This document shows, piece after piece, positions 29,240-38,481 of a stretch of DNA of 64,000 nt. Below the pieces are notes generated by a model. The model saw only the letters and a list, made by a program, of their open reading frames with translations. It was not told where the DNA came from and ran no database searches. A program made the translations under genes and the position numbers. Positions within the stretch are counted from its first letter, which is position 1; every line of letters begins with the position of its first letter. This DNA comes from a bacterium (GTDB taxonomy: Bacteria; Patescibacteriota; Dojkabacteria; B142; OLB20), in contig JAJTYI010000006.1 of NCBI GenBank assembly GCA_021463645.1, positions 181,692 to 245,691 of the forward strand, read 5' to 3'.

Positions 29240-30094
29240 TTAATTTAAAGCTAACAGAATAATTCCTGAAATCACCACAACAACACCAAATAATTGCTGT
29301 TTAGAAATTTTTTCTTTCAATATCAAGAATGATAAGACTATTGTCAAAGCAGGGGACGCACTTGTTATGACAGATACCACTCCTGGCTCTGCTGTGGTGT
29401 AGCCTATGTTCATCATTAGAAATGAGGTCACATCAACAAAAATTGCAAAGAAAAGTAGTAACGGGAGATTCTTAAAGTAGGTAAGGATAGGCTTATGAGT
29501 TGTTCCAGCCATAACAAAATAAGTGATAATAGTCCAAAATCTTGTGAATAAACTTACAGAGTACCAGTGATTGTCAGCGGCAAAGTAAGTCATCGTAAAA
29601 AATGAAATTCCTAGGTTTAGTGCAGCAAGGACAGACCATTTAACACCTGCAATTAATTTAAAACTCTTCGATTTCAATAATGTTTTAATATCAATTGAAG
29701 AAAGGAATATTCCTAATACAATGAGCAAGATGCTGATACCTTTTGATAAATAGAAATCTTCGTTCAAAAAGATAAAACCAAAAACCGCTGTAATCATACC
29801 CCATGTACTGATTATGGGTGAGTTGATGCTTGCTTTTCCTTCTTTGAATGCTTTGTTAATGAATACGAAAGCTAATGCCCCCGTAATTCCTGCAATAGTT
29901 AACAAGAAAAAGACTGTAATTCCAGGGTTTTCTTTATACAAAAACGGGAATAATGCTAAAGTTGCGAGTGCGTTGCCTAATTGGATAAGAAATCCAATTT
30001 TGAAAGAGTCCTCATTTCTATTAAGTAGGGAAACCAGTATGTTTAGTACTCCGATACCAACCATTCCTGAAAGCCCATAGATAATTGGGGACAT
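29240..30094 (-). CDS. EamA/DMT family transporter
   Basis: 10-TM, 284-aa protein with two EamA-like halves. Confidence 0.7.
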   Translation of the reverse strand: MSPIIYGLSGMVGIGVLNILVSLLNRNEDSFKIGFLIQLGNALATLALFPFLYKENPGITVFFLLTIAGITGALAFVFINKAFKEGKASINSPIISTWGMITAVFGFIFLNEDFYLSKGISILLIVLGIFLSSIDIKTLLKSKSFKLIAGVKWSVLAALNLGISFFTMTYFAADNHWYSVSLFTRFWTIITYFVMAGTTHKPILTYFKNLPLLLFFAIFVDVTSFLMMNIGYTTAEPGVVSVITSASPALTIVLSFLILKEKISKQQLFGVVVVISGIILLALN

Positions 30095-30210
30095 AAAATT
30101 AATTGTTAATTAATAGCGATTTTAGCACAAACTGCTCCATATCTTAATGGGAAACTTTCACTACAAATGATTTTGTAGTATATTTTAGTATTAAGTTTTA
30201 ATAACTCATT

Positions 30211-30561
30211 ATGCCTATTAAAAAAATTAAAAACGCATATAAAAACCGCAGAAAATTAACATACAAAGAATTAGAGTGGGATTACTTACCTATGATTGTG
30301 CTTTTCGCAGTAGTTGCAGGTATTTTGACACTTCTTTTCATATTATTGGCAATTTACCAAGATGTTCGCGGAGTCGAGGAATCAAATAGGCTAGAGAGAT
30401 TTAGGAGAATTGAGAATTTCCTTCGACGTGAACCAGAAGAAGAGACAGATAATTACTATATCGAGGAGTCAGAGCTTGACGAGCCCAATACCGAAGAATC
30501 AGAAATGGTAGACCCAGAAAATCCAGATATGACAGAACCAGATTCATCTGTCACAGAATAA
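30211..30561 (+). CDS. Hypothetical single-TM protein with an acidic tail
   Basis: 116-aa ORF with one TM and a C-terminal E/D-rich segment. Confidence 0.55.
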   Translation: MPIKKIKNAYKNRRKLTYKELEWDYLPMIVLFAVVAGILTLLFILLAIYQDVRGVEESNRLERFRRIENFLRREPEEETDNYYIEESELDEPNTEESEMVDPENPDMTEPDSSVTE

Positions 30562-30579
30562 TATTTCATCAATATCACG

Positions 30580-31194
30580 ATGCCTTCAACCAACAAAGAA
30601 ATGGTCGAAGACCTAAAGAAACAAGGATTGTTGAAAACCTCTGAGATTATTAATGCGTTTTTGCAAATTGATAGAAAAAAATTCCTAAAAGTTGAGCAAT
30701 ATGGTCATGCTTATGACGACAGCCCATTACCTACATTAAGTGGTCAAACGATTTCACAACCATATACTGTAGCGTTCATGTTTGAATTATTAAAACCGAA
30801 AAATGGGCATAAGATTTTAGATGTCGGATCTGGTTCTGGTTGGACAACTGCTCTCTTGGCTGAAATCGTTGGAGACGAGGGTGAAGTAACGGGTACTGAG
30901 ATTGTTCCGTCTTTAGTGGAATTAGGCAGAGAGAATCTAAAAAAATTTAAACACAAAAATGTAAAGATTGAACAAGCCGTTGAAGAAGAACTTGGTAGGA
31001 AAGGGGAGGTATTTGACAGAATCCTCGTGAGTGCATCTGCAGAAAAACTCCCTGAAGAATTAATTACACAATTAAAACCGGGTGGAATCATGGTTATTCC
31101 TGTTGGTGAAAACATTGTGAAACTAGAAAAGTCACTCGATGAAAAAATCACAACTAAAGATTACCCAGGATTTGTTTTCGTCCCACTAGTTTAA
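30580..31194 (+). CDS. pcm: Protein-L-isoaspartate O-methyltransferase
   Basis: TISQPYTVAFMFELL, LDVGSGSGWTTALLAEIVG, and the GGIMVIPVG tail. Confidence 0.88.
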   Translation: MPSTNKEMVEDLKKQGLLKTSEIINAFLQIDRKKFLKVEQYGHAYDDSPLPTLSGQTISQPYTVAFMFELLKPKNGHKILDVGSGSGWTTALLAEIVGDEGEVTGTEIVPSLVELGRENLKKFKHKNVKIEQAVEEELGRKGEVFDRILVSASAEKLPEELITQLKPGGIMVIPVGENIVKLEKSLDEKITTKDYPGFVFVPLV

Positions 31195-31208
31195 CTTTAA
31201 ATTATTAA

Positions 31209-32099
31209 ATGCCCATAATGAGAGAAATGGACCCATCAATGCACATACCTGTCGACGATAAAATGACGGACAAAGATAAACGTAAATCTGGTAGGTCACA
31301 AAGATTAACCTTAGTGATGTTACTATCGATTATTTATATGCTTGGTTTAATCTATTATCGGGATTTCTATAATAAAGGTGTTGAGATTAATGGGGAGGAT
31401 TATGGAGTTGTCCAACCTGAAGATAATATGCCAATTGTAAACAATGCTCAGAAATTTGAAGAAGCAAAGACTTTGATCGAGGAGGGAATGGCAAAATGGG
31501 ATGATTTGGAATATGTCGAATATGGCGCAAAGGGAAGTGACGGAGATGAAATAGCATACTTCAACGAACAATACTTAATTGATAACGTAAATGATGAGTA
31601 TAGATATGGTGTTTCTTATGATGCTGAATTGTGTTCAGGAGTTATAGAAGGCTCTAATTGCGATACTTTCTCAGGACTAATAAAAAAAGAAGGTAAATTT
31701 TATAAATATGATGAAGGGGAAAAACAGGAGGTAGACTCTGACGATACGAGTCCTTCTGCGAAACTTCCAGAAGTAAAGGATTTTATACTTAATTACCTCA
31801 ATAGCGATATGAGTGAGTATGATTTGGATGTAAATATTTACGATGGATTATACCAACCAGACAATCAAGCAGTTAAGTTTGTCGAGATAAATTATTTTAG
31901 AAAGCAAAATAATAATGCGCTTTCAAAAATCTTTAAAGCTTACGCTGATGTAATCTATGATAAATTATCAATAGAAATGATAATCGATAGTGAAGGAAGA
32001 ATATTGGAGGCAACAATTCCTTATGTTTATTCTGAAATGAAGCTGTACTTCTATAGTTATAACGAGCCAGTAGAAATAACGCTTCCTGAGGAAGAGTAA
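31209..32099 (+). CDS. Hypothetical membrane-anchored protein
   Basis: 296-aa ORF with one N-terminal TM and no recognisable domain. Confidence 0.6.
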   Translation: MPIMREMDPSMHIPVDDKMTDKDKRKSGRSQRLTLVMLLSIIYMLGLIYYRDFYNKGVEINGEDYGVVQPEDNMPIVNNAQKFEEAKTLIEEGMAKWDDLEYVEYGAKGSDGDEIAYFNEQYLIDNVNDEYRYGVSYDAELCSGVIEGSNCDTFSGLIKKEGKFYKYDEGEKQEVDSDDTSPSAKLPEVKDFILNYLNSDMSEYDLDVNIYDGLYQPDNQAVKFVEINYFRKQNNNALSKIFKAYADVIYDKLSIEMIIDSEGRILEATIPYVYSEMKLYFYSYNEPVEITLPEEE

Positions 32100-32113
32100 T
32101 TTGGTTTAGGTAG

Positions 32114-33331
32114 TTAGTTCTTACTGACCTTTCTGACTTGCCACCAAGTTAATGGGAATTGTAACAAGAGATATATCGCAATTATTGGTGTTATCCCTAT
32201 CCCGACAAAGGTGTAAATCAGCCCTGCAATTGTTGGTGCAAAAGCTGAACTAATAGAAAATATTGACTCATCGATTCCGTTTATTAAACCTTGTTTCCTT
32301 TTCTCAACTGCTGAAGTAATTATCGATTTGAAAGTAGGAATACTTAGCGAAATCCCTAAGTTGGTTAAGTAAGAACAGGCGAAGAAAATTAGCAACGAAT
32401 CTGCAAAGTACAAAAGAACTAATCCTGAAAACAACAGGATTTGACCAATTATGTATGTCTTTTGTTCTCCAAATTTATCCGCAAATCTTCGTGAAAATAA
32501 TCCCTGATTGATTACTAAGAAGCTTCCAATAACTAAAAAAATAAGTCCAACTTGCTTTACATCCAAATCATAACGATTTTGTACATAAAGAGTTAACAAA
32601 GAAGTATATGCACTAAAGCTAAGTGTGAAAAATACCCTTCGTGCAAATAGATGTGTGAGGTCCATATCATTAAGTGATTTAATCTTGGCAAAGATATTTA
32701 ATTCTTTAGTTAATTTAATTTCTAGTTCTTTATCCTGCTCATCATGTGATTCAGGTACTTTGAAAATAATTAAAAGCAATGTCACTAGTGAGATACAAAA
32801 AGCAACAATCGCTGTTCCAAGGTATCCAATACTGAATGAGCTTGCATAGCCTCCTAGAACAGGTCCCACCACAAAGGCTAATCCAAAGATTGCCCCCGAT
32901 AGCCCATAAATTTTTGTTCGTTCTTTTGCTTCCGTCTTGTCAGCGATATAGGCATTTGCGACAGAGACATTACCTCCAGTTATTCCATCAATCACTCTTC
33001 CAAAAATAATCACGAGAATTGGAAGTGAAATTCCAACTACGGGAATATCTGGGATGAAATAGGAAATTCCAAATATTATCCAACTGACCATTGTTCCTGC
33101 CTGGCTCAAAATCAAAATGGGGCGTCGACCGTACTTATCACTTAAGCTTCCTAAAATTGGAGCGCCAATAAACTGAAAAAATGCATATGCTGAAACCAAA
33201 AATCCATACATTAGTGGAGTTTCGTTGTATTGCTTGATTACAAACGGTAGAATAGGCAATACCACAGAGAAACCTAGTGCATTTACAAATGTAAGCAATA
33301 ATATTGGATAGATTTCTTTTTTAATTTTCAT
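32114..33331 (-). CDS. MFS transporter (drug:H+ antiporter-like)
   Basis: 12 TM, with the MFS loop motif GSLSDKYGRRP. Confidence 0.85.
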   Translation of the reverse strand: MKIKKEIYPILLLTFVNALGFSVVLPILPFVIKQYNETPLMYGFLVSAYAFFQFIGAPILGSLSDKYGRRPILILSQAGTMVSWIIFGISYFIPDIPVVGISLPILVIIFGRVIDGITGGNVSVANAYIADKTEAKERTKIYGLSGAIFGLAFVVGPVLGGYASSFSIGYLGTAIVAFCISLVTLLLIIFKVPESHDEQDKELEIKLTKELNIFAKIKSLNDMDLTHLFARRVFFTLSFSAYTSLLTLYVQNRYDLDVKQVGLIFLVIGSFLVINQGLFSRRFADKFGEQKTYIIGQILLFSGLVLLYFADSLLIFFACSYLTNLGISLSIPTFKSIITSAVEKRKQGLINGIDESIFSISSAFAPTIAGLIYTFVGIGITPIIAIYLLLQFPLTWWQVRKVSKN

Positions 33332-33453
33332 TATTTATTATTTCCATCGACGATTATAACCTTAATTGGTGTAGTTTGATAATAAGGATATAATAAATCC
33401 ATTGTTGTATAATTATCCCTCTCTCATTTTGTGAGGAGAGATTATGGTCACAC

Positions 33454-33713
33454 GGAAGGGTGTCCAGCCTTCGTCAAGACTACGGCTGGTAAACTGAGAT
33501 TGTCCCTCCCTTCGATGAAGGGTGGGGTGAAGCCGAAAGAGTTCAAATAATGGAAGGGTCGCATCCCTCTACCCCCTGATAAAGTTAGGGGTTCGAGGGA
33601 CAAGTAGACTCAAGATAATAAGTAAAACCATTTTGGAAGGGTGTCCAGCCTTCGTCAAGACTACGGCTGGTAAACTGAGTTTGTCCCTCCCTTCGATGAA
33701 GGGAGGGATGAAG
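33454..33713 (+). repeat. Two copies of a 79-nt GC-rich hairpin unit (33454-33532 and 33635-33713), plus a 13-nt copy of the tRNA 5' end at 33552-33564
   Basis: The units differ by 3 substitutions. Each holds CCAGCC-N14-GGCTGG and CCCTCCCTTC-GAT-GAAGGG(A/T)GGG hairpins, and each starts with GGAAGGG, which equals the tRNA-Ser acceptor 5' strand. Confidence 0.85.
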
Positions 33714-33762
33714 TCGCCACCGCGAAGCGGGGTCCCGCTTTGCGGGAAAAGAGCATAAAATT

Positions 33763-33849
33763 GGAAGGGTCGCATAGTGGTCTAGTGCCCCGCTCTCGAA
33801 AAGCGGTATCGGGGAAACCTGATCGTGGGTTCAAATCCCACCCCTTCCG
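33763..33849 (+). tRNA. tRNA-Ser (anticodon CGA)
   Basis: Acceptor GGAAGGG / CCCTTCC. Anticodon stem CCGCT/AGCGG with loop CTCGAAA. Long variable arm (TATCGGGGAAACCTGATC). T arm GTGGG-TTCAAAT-CCCAC. Discriminator G. CCA is not encoded. Confidence 0.9.
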
Positions 33850-34090
33850 AGACTGTTGATGAATCGAACTAAGCGATGATGAAGCATACAGTCGTTGGGA
33901 ACGGCCTTGCGCTGTTTCGCCACGATTAGATTCCGCAGAGCAAAACAAAACGTGGGCGGGAACAACCTGGCGCTGTTCCGTTCTACTTCGCTGAAGCTTC
34001 GTAGAGCATAGCTATTCTCTATAAGTACAAGTTATATAATCCCCCTAGAAGTAATTTGAAAAATAAGATAAAGTTATCGAGAGGTGCTAT

Positions 34091-34408
34091 GTGAATAATT
34101 ATTTGCTTTTTGATTTTACCAATATGAGTGTCATCAATCATTTCAAACCTAACAAAACCAGGATTAAAATTTTCTTAATAGTTTTTTTACTGTTTATTTT
34201 TCTCAATATCCTAATAATTTATAGATTTGGTCCTTTCTGGGATAGGCCTTTATCTATCGGTTATCCGGTAGATATTTATAAGTTGGGTTGTGGGATGTCT
34301 CCATTGTTAACAGGTGCGGTATGTCTAACTGGTTTCAGTGCTCTAGGCTTACTAATCAACGTGATTTTTTGGTATCTAGTCTCTACATTTATTAAGAGAA
34401 GCAAATAA
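34091..34408 (+). CDS. Hypothetical small membrane protein
   Basis: 105-aa ORF with GTG start and 2-3 TM. Confidence 0.5.
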   Translation: MNNYLLFDFTNMSVINHFKPNKTRIKIFLIVFLLFIFLNILIIYRFGPFWDRPLSIGYPVDIYKLGCGMSPLLTGAVCLTGFSALGLLINVIFWYLVSTFIKRSK

Positions 34409-34457
34409 ACGCTAAAAAAATTGTATAGTTAACTAAATAGTTATTTTTTGGAATATT

Positions 34458-35108
34458 ATGATAAAACTACTATTTTTCACCACAAAACTGCTTATATTAG
34501 TATTTTTTATATATATAATTTCACATATTACTTCCTGGTTCTCTCCACGCAGGTACCTGGGTGATCCTACATGGTGGATCCTCATCTATCGTATTATTTC
34601 TTCTTTCTATTGTTTAAATATAGGTTTAATTATCTTGAAAAAACTGAGCCCAGATCTGAGGAAACAGAAGATCATAATCATGATAATCATATTCTTACTT
34701 ACAATCTTCATATTTGATTGGCAAAGACTTGTTGACCGAACCATAAATGACAGAACCGAAATTGTTGAAGAAACAAGTACTCAGATTCTTTGCTCTAAAG
34801 AAAAATTAGGCAACAGAAGGATATGTGATAGCAAAACAGATATAGAGACAGTATTTTTAGAGGATTCTGATACTTTAGTAATTAGATATTTTTTCCTAAA
34901 CGATATTATGCCCGAACTTGAATCAATATGGGGTAGAAAACCCATGGAAATCAGACTAAAAGAGATTACTGTTTCTGGGAGTATTGGTTCTCCACCATGG
35001 CAATTGGTCGAAATAAAAATTGATTTTAAAGAAGATGTCGTCTTGGATGAAACTGAAATCTATGTTGAGCATATATTAATGGGGGGATATGAGATTCCAA
35101 TTGAGTAA
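34458..35108 (+). CDS. Hypothetical membrane protein
   Basis: 216-aa ORF with 3 N-terminal TM and a soluble C-terminal part. Confidence 0.55.
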   Translation: MIKLLFFTTKLLILVFFIYIISHITSWFSPRRYLGDPTWWILIYRIISSFYCLNIGLIILKKLSPDLRKQKIIIMIIIFLLTIFIFDWQRLVDRTINDRTEIVEETSTQILCSKEKLGNRRICDSKTDIETVFLEDSDTLVIRYFFLNDIMPELESIWGRKPMEIRLKEITVSGSIGSPPWQLVEIKIDFKEDVVLDETEIYVEHILMGGYEIPIE

Positions 35109-35172
35109 TTGGTTATCCTTTTTCTAAAATTGTTGTTATAATTTTCATAAGTGACTTGTTATTCACAAAACC

Positions 35173-36318
35173 TTGAATAAACTCAAGACAATCTTTAAAT
35201 CCATTCATATACCATATCTATCAAGTATTATACTTAACCTCATTATTAGTTATTCTTTATATATTGTTATCTCGGTATCGTCATCTGCTGGAACAAGTCC
35301 ATTTCCTCGAGCAGTCGAATCCCAATATCTCCCTATTTACGGGTTGATTCTCTCATTTATTAATCCGATGTATATAGTTACTTACATTTACATGATTAAG
35401 AATCATAAGAATTTAGAGAATAGTGCATTTTATGGATTAAATATTGTTCAGATTAGTATTTATTTCTCAACATTAATTACGATTTCAATTCAGTTGCTTA
35501 TTTATCTTGAAACATATTGGAATCAATATTTTCCTATTAATATGTTGACTAATCTGACAACTCTGGCAACCATTAACTTGGATTTGGCTTTGAGATCCTC
35601 TGCCTATGTCAATTCATTAATGAATATTCAAGATGGCCCTATTATTATGTCTTCTTTGGGACTCGCTCTAATCACAATTTTTGCACCCATTTTCTTTATT
35701 TTCTATGGTTTGGTATTTTACCTTAGACATAGGAAATATAAAGTTCAATCTGAATCGCAGCAAAGGTTATTCAAGATAATTTCTATCCTTGTTTCGTTAA
35801 ATTTGATTATTATATTCGGAATTATTCTGTTTAATAGCATTAATAAAAACGGACAGTTCCATAAGGCCATTGACAAAGGGGATGTTTCTGCTTGTGAGAA
35901 ATTATTCAATCAAGACTTGAGAGAGAAATGTGTTAGCGAGTATGTATTGGATAAACCATACTTCCATGAATGCAATTCCATATCGGACACTATGAGTTTG
36001 TATGATTATTGTATAGAGGAGGTATCAAAGATAAGTAATGATTGGAAAGGGTGTTATGAATTAAACGAGAATCAAAGAGTGAAAGAATGTATTAATGATA
36101 TTGCTATAAGAAATAACTATTTTCTCGATACTGAAGTCTGTGATGCGATGGCTCCAGACGAAGATGACATATATTTTAGGATGGGAGAAACAATAGCTTG
36201 TTATGCCAAGATTGCTTATATTAAGAAAGATCATTCATTATGCAATGAGCTGAAGGGGTACGATGCTAGGGCATGTTATGATGAATACTTGTCATTATGG
36301 GAGGATGATAATCTTTAG
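35173..36318 (+). CDS. Polytopic membrane protein with a C-terminal Cys-rich repeat domain (paralog A)
   Basis: TTG start. N-terminal multi-TM region, then 10 Cys arranged as five C...C pairs (ACEKL..KCVSEY, ECNSIS..YCIEEV, GCYELN..ECINDI, VCDAMA..ACYAKIA, LCNELK..ACYDEY). Confidence 0.7.
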   Translation: MNKLKTIFKSIHIPYLSSIILNLIISYSLYIVISVSSSAGTSPFPRAVESQYLPIYGLILSFINPMYIVTYIYMIKNHKNLENSAFYGLNIVQISIYFSTLITISIQLLIYLETYWNQYFPINMLTNLTTLATINLDLALRSSAYVNSLMNIQDGPIIMSSLGLALITIFAPIFFIFYGLVFYLRHRKYKVQSESQQRLFKIISILVSLNLIIIFGIILFNSINKNGQFHKAIDKGDVSACEKLFNQDLREKCVSEYVLDKPYFHECNSISDTMSLYDYCIEEVSKISNDWKGCYELNENQRVKECINDIAIRNNYFLDTEVCDAMAPDEDDIYFRMGETIACYAKIAYIKKDHSLCNELKGYDARACYDEYLSLWEDDNL

Positions 36319-36405
36319 TGGGCGATTCCTAAATATTTCAATATAATTAAGACATTATGATAGATAATTGTTAGAATTTCTTATAACTAATACAACTTCT
36401 ACGTA

Positions 36406-37548
36406 GTGAACAGACTAAAAAGAATCCTCTCATCAATCAAAACCCCATATATTTTAAGTGTTCTCCCAAATTTATTAATAACTATCTTTTTCTGGTTTAT
36501 GGTTAGTTTCTTCGGAGATACTGCCACTACAACTATTTCTGACTTCTTGTTATTACCCTTATTCCTACTGGGAGGTACAATTCTCACAATTATAAATCCA
36601 ATGTACTTAGTAACATATTTATATATGAGAAGAAATCACAAAAGATTTGATAATAGTGTGTACTATGGATTTAATATAGTTTTACTGAGTTTGTTTTTTT
36701 CTGCCCTTATTACTGTATTTGTTGAGTTAATTCAGGTCACTAAATTATTCCTCGACTATACAATAATTGAGAATTTCCTTAATAATCCCACTAGTTGGTT
36801 TCTTCTGGGAACGGATCTGACTGTTAGGAATATGCTCTACACCAATTTTATGCGAGATATGTTTTCCGGAATAGCTGATTCTGAATGGCTCCTCGGTCTT
36901 ATGGCACTAACATATTTATTACCACTGTTCTTTATACTTTACGGATTTGTATATATTGTAAGACATTTCAAATTTCGAGTCTTTAATCAAGGGCAAAAGA
37001 GATTATCAATTGCATTGGTAATTCTACTTTCTTTGACTTCCGTTTTATTAATAATGACTCCTATAATACATTCAAAATATTTAGATGGCATGGTTTCAAA
37101 GGCTATAAATATGAACGATATAAAGTTTTGTAGAGATATGAATGATTATGAGATGACCAGAGAATGCATAGTAAAATATTCTTCAGAGAATAAAAGTTTT
37201 GTAGCATGTAATGCATTGTCTGATAATTACATTGAAATGAGGGCTTGTATTGATGAGGTTTCAATACACTCCAAGGACTGGAGGGAATGTTATTCATTAA
37301 AAAAAGATGTACAAATGTGTATATACGATGTTGCTCGCAGAAATGATTACTTCTTGGATTTAGAAATTTGTAATGTATTAACATTAGATGAAGAGAACCC
37401 AAATTCGGGGGGATATTATTCAGCGATGTGTTATGCGAAAATCGGATATGAAACGAAAGACTTCGGATTATGTAGTAGATTACAAACAGAAGTAGATTAC
37501 GAAACTTGCATTCAAGAGTTGGATTCGTTGAGACAATATGATTACTAA
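36406..37548 (+). CDS. Polytopic membrane protein with a C-terminal Cys-rich repeat domain (paralog B)
   Basis: GTG start and colinear with paralog A (MNRLKRILSSIKTPY vs MNKLKTIFKSIHIPY). All 10 Cys positions are conserved. Confidence 0.7.
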   Translation: MNRLKRILSSIKTPYILSVLPNLLITIFFWFMVSFFGDTATTTISDFLLLPLFLLGGTILTIINPMYLVTYLYMRRNHKRFDNSVYYGFNIVLLSLFFSALITVFVELIQVTKLFLDYTIIENFLNNPTSWFLLGTDLTVRNMLYTNFMRDMFSGIADSEWLLGLMALTYLLPLFFILYGFVYIVRHFKFRVFNQGQKRLSIALVILLSLTSVLLIMTPIIHSKYLDGMVSKAINMNDIKFCRDMNDYEMTRECIVKYSSENKSFVACNALSDNYIEMRACIDEVSIHSKDWRECYSLKKDVQMCIYDVARRNDYFLDLEICNVLTLDEENPNSGGYYSAMCYAKIGYETKDFGLCSRLQTEVDYETCIQELDSLRQYDY

Positions 37549-37610
37549 GTTGGGGAATATATGAAGTTTGTAGTTATATGTTAAAAATTCTATTGTAGTC
37601 TATAGACAAT

Positions 37611-38036
37611 ATGATCACTACCGCCACAACTAATGATTTCCAATCAATAGTTAAATTGTATAAACAACTCTGGGAAAAATGGGCTGAGTTTGATGAACGA
37701 AAATTACAGGAAATATTTGATAGAGACATTGGAAGTAAGAGAAAAGAATATTTATTAGCCAATATCGGTAATGAGGTGGTTGGTGTTTGTTCGGTCCGGT
37801 TCAATGATGACTGGCATTATCTGAAAACAGCGATAATTGATGAGTTAATCGTAAATAAAGATTATAGAAACAGAGGGATGGGCATGCAACTACTTGATAA
37901 AGCATGTGAAGTCGCAAGAGAGAAGGGGTGCTATCGGATTGAGTTACATTCAAATATTAAGCGAGCAGAGGCGCATGAGTTTTATGAAAAATATGGATTT
38001 GAGAAAAGTTCGTATTTCTTTAAAAAGAAACTGTAA
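37611..38036 (+). CDS. GNAT family N-acetyltransferase
   Basis: YRNRGMGMQLL and AHEFYEKYGFE. Confidence 0.8.
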   Translation: MITTATTNDFQSIVKLYKQLWEKWAEFDERKLQEIFDRDIGSKRKEYLLANIGNEVVGVCSVRFNDDWHYLKTAIIDELIVNKDYRNRGMGMQLLDKACEVAREKGCYRIELHSNIKRAEAHEFYEKYGFEKSSYFFKKKL

Positions 38037-38058
38037 ATTTGGATAACCAAACACATCC

Positions 38059-38415
38059 CTAGCTAATCACAGAATCCACCAATTCAGCATTTACAACATT
38101 ATCTTTTTCATCAAAACTCACATGCCAAGTTCCAGAATCTCCAGCAGTGGGGTCGGGGAAACAGCCGAAGAAAATTTTGAACTTGAATTTCTCCAACTCT
38201 GTAACTTTTAATACATAAGGGTCAGGATTTCCCAATAAAATTACAGACTTGTCGGGTTTTTCTCCCGCTAAAATTTCATCTATTGTTTTTCCTTCGTCGA
38301 TTTCATCCAGGAGACATTCGACTGCGAATACCTCGTCATCTTTACTGACAAACTTCAGAAAATTTATAAACTGTTTCTCTGTAATAGGGGAGATGGTTTT
38401 TCGGTTATTAGTCAT
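38059..38415 (-). CDS. Hypothetical protein
   Basis: 118-aa ORF with no recognisable motif. Confidence 0.5.
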   Translation of the reverse strand: MTNNRKTISPITEKQFINFLKFVSKDDEVFAVECLLDEIDEGKTIDEILAGEKPDKSVILLGNPDPYVLKVTELEKFKFKIFFGCFPDPTAGDSGTWHVSFDEKDNVVNAELVDSVIS

Positions 38416-38481
38416 TGATTGTCATTAGTGTAATTATAAATGTAGTTTGTTATACAATAATATATCTTTGAGAGACAAGAA

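Noticed and set aside
30744-31151. Long antisense ORFs inside pcm (30744-31151), the copper membrane gene (45278-45688), copA (47412-47801) and cohesin-like paralog 3 (22760-23188)
   Set aside because: Each lies entirely within a confidently assigned gene on the other strand. The translations are Ser/Pro/Thr-rich with no domains, as is typical of shadow ORFs.
33454-33713. Possible SRP RNA fragment (minus strand contains GUUUACCAG, as in 4.5S RNA) or a second tRNA
   Set aside because: Beyond the 9-mer there is no helix-8 architecture: no GNRA-capped long stem and no symmetric or asymmetric loops. The unit lacks D and T arms and a 7-nt anticodon loop, so neither assignment holds.
33569-33948. 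Minus-strand ORFs of 68 and 95 aa across the GC-rich block
   Set aside because: They run antisense through tRNA-Ser and through the hairpin repeats. The open frames are a by-product of GC-rich structured sequence.
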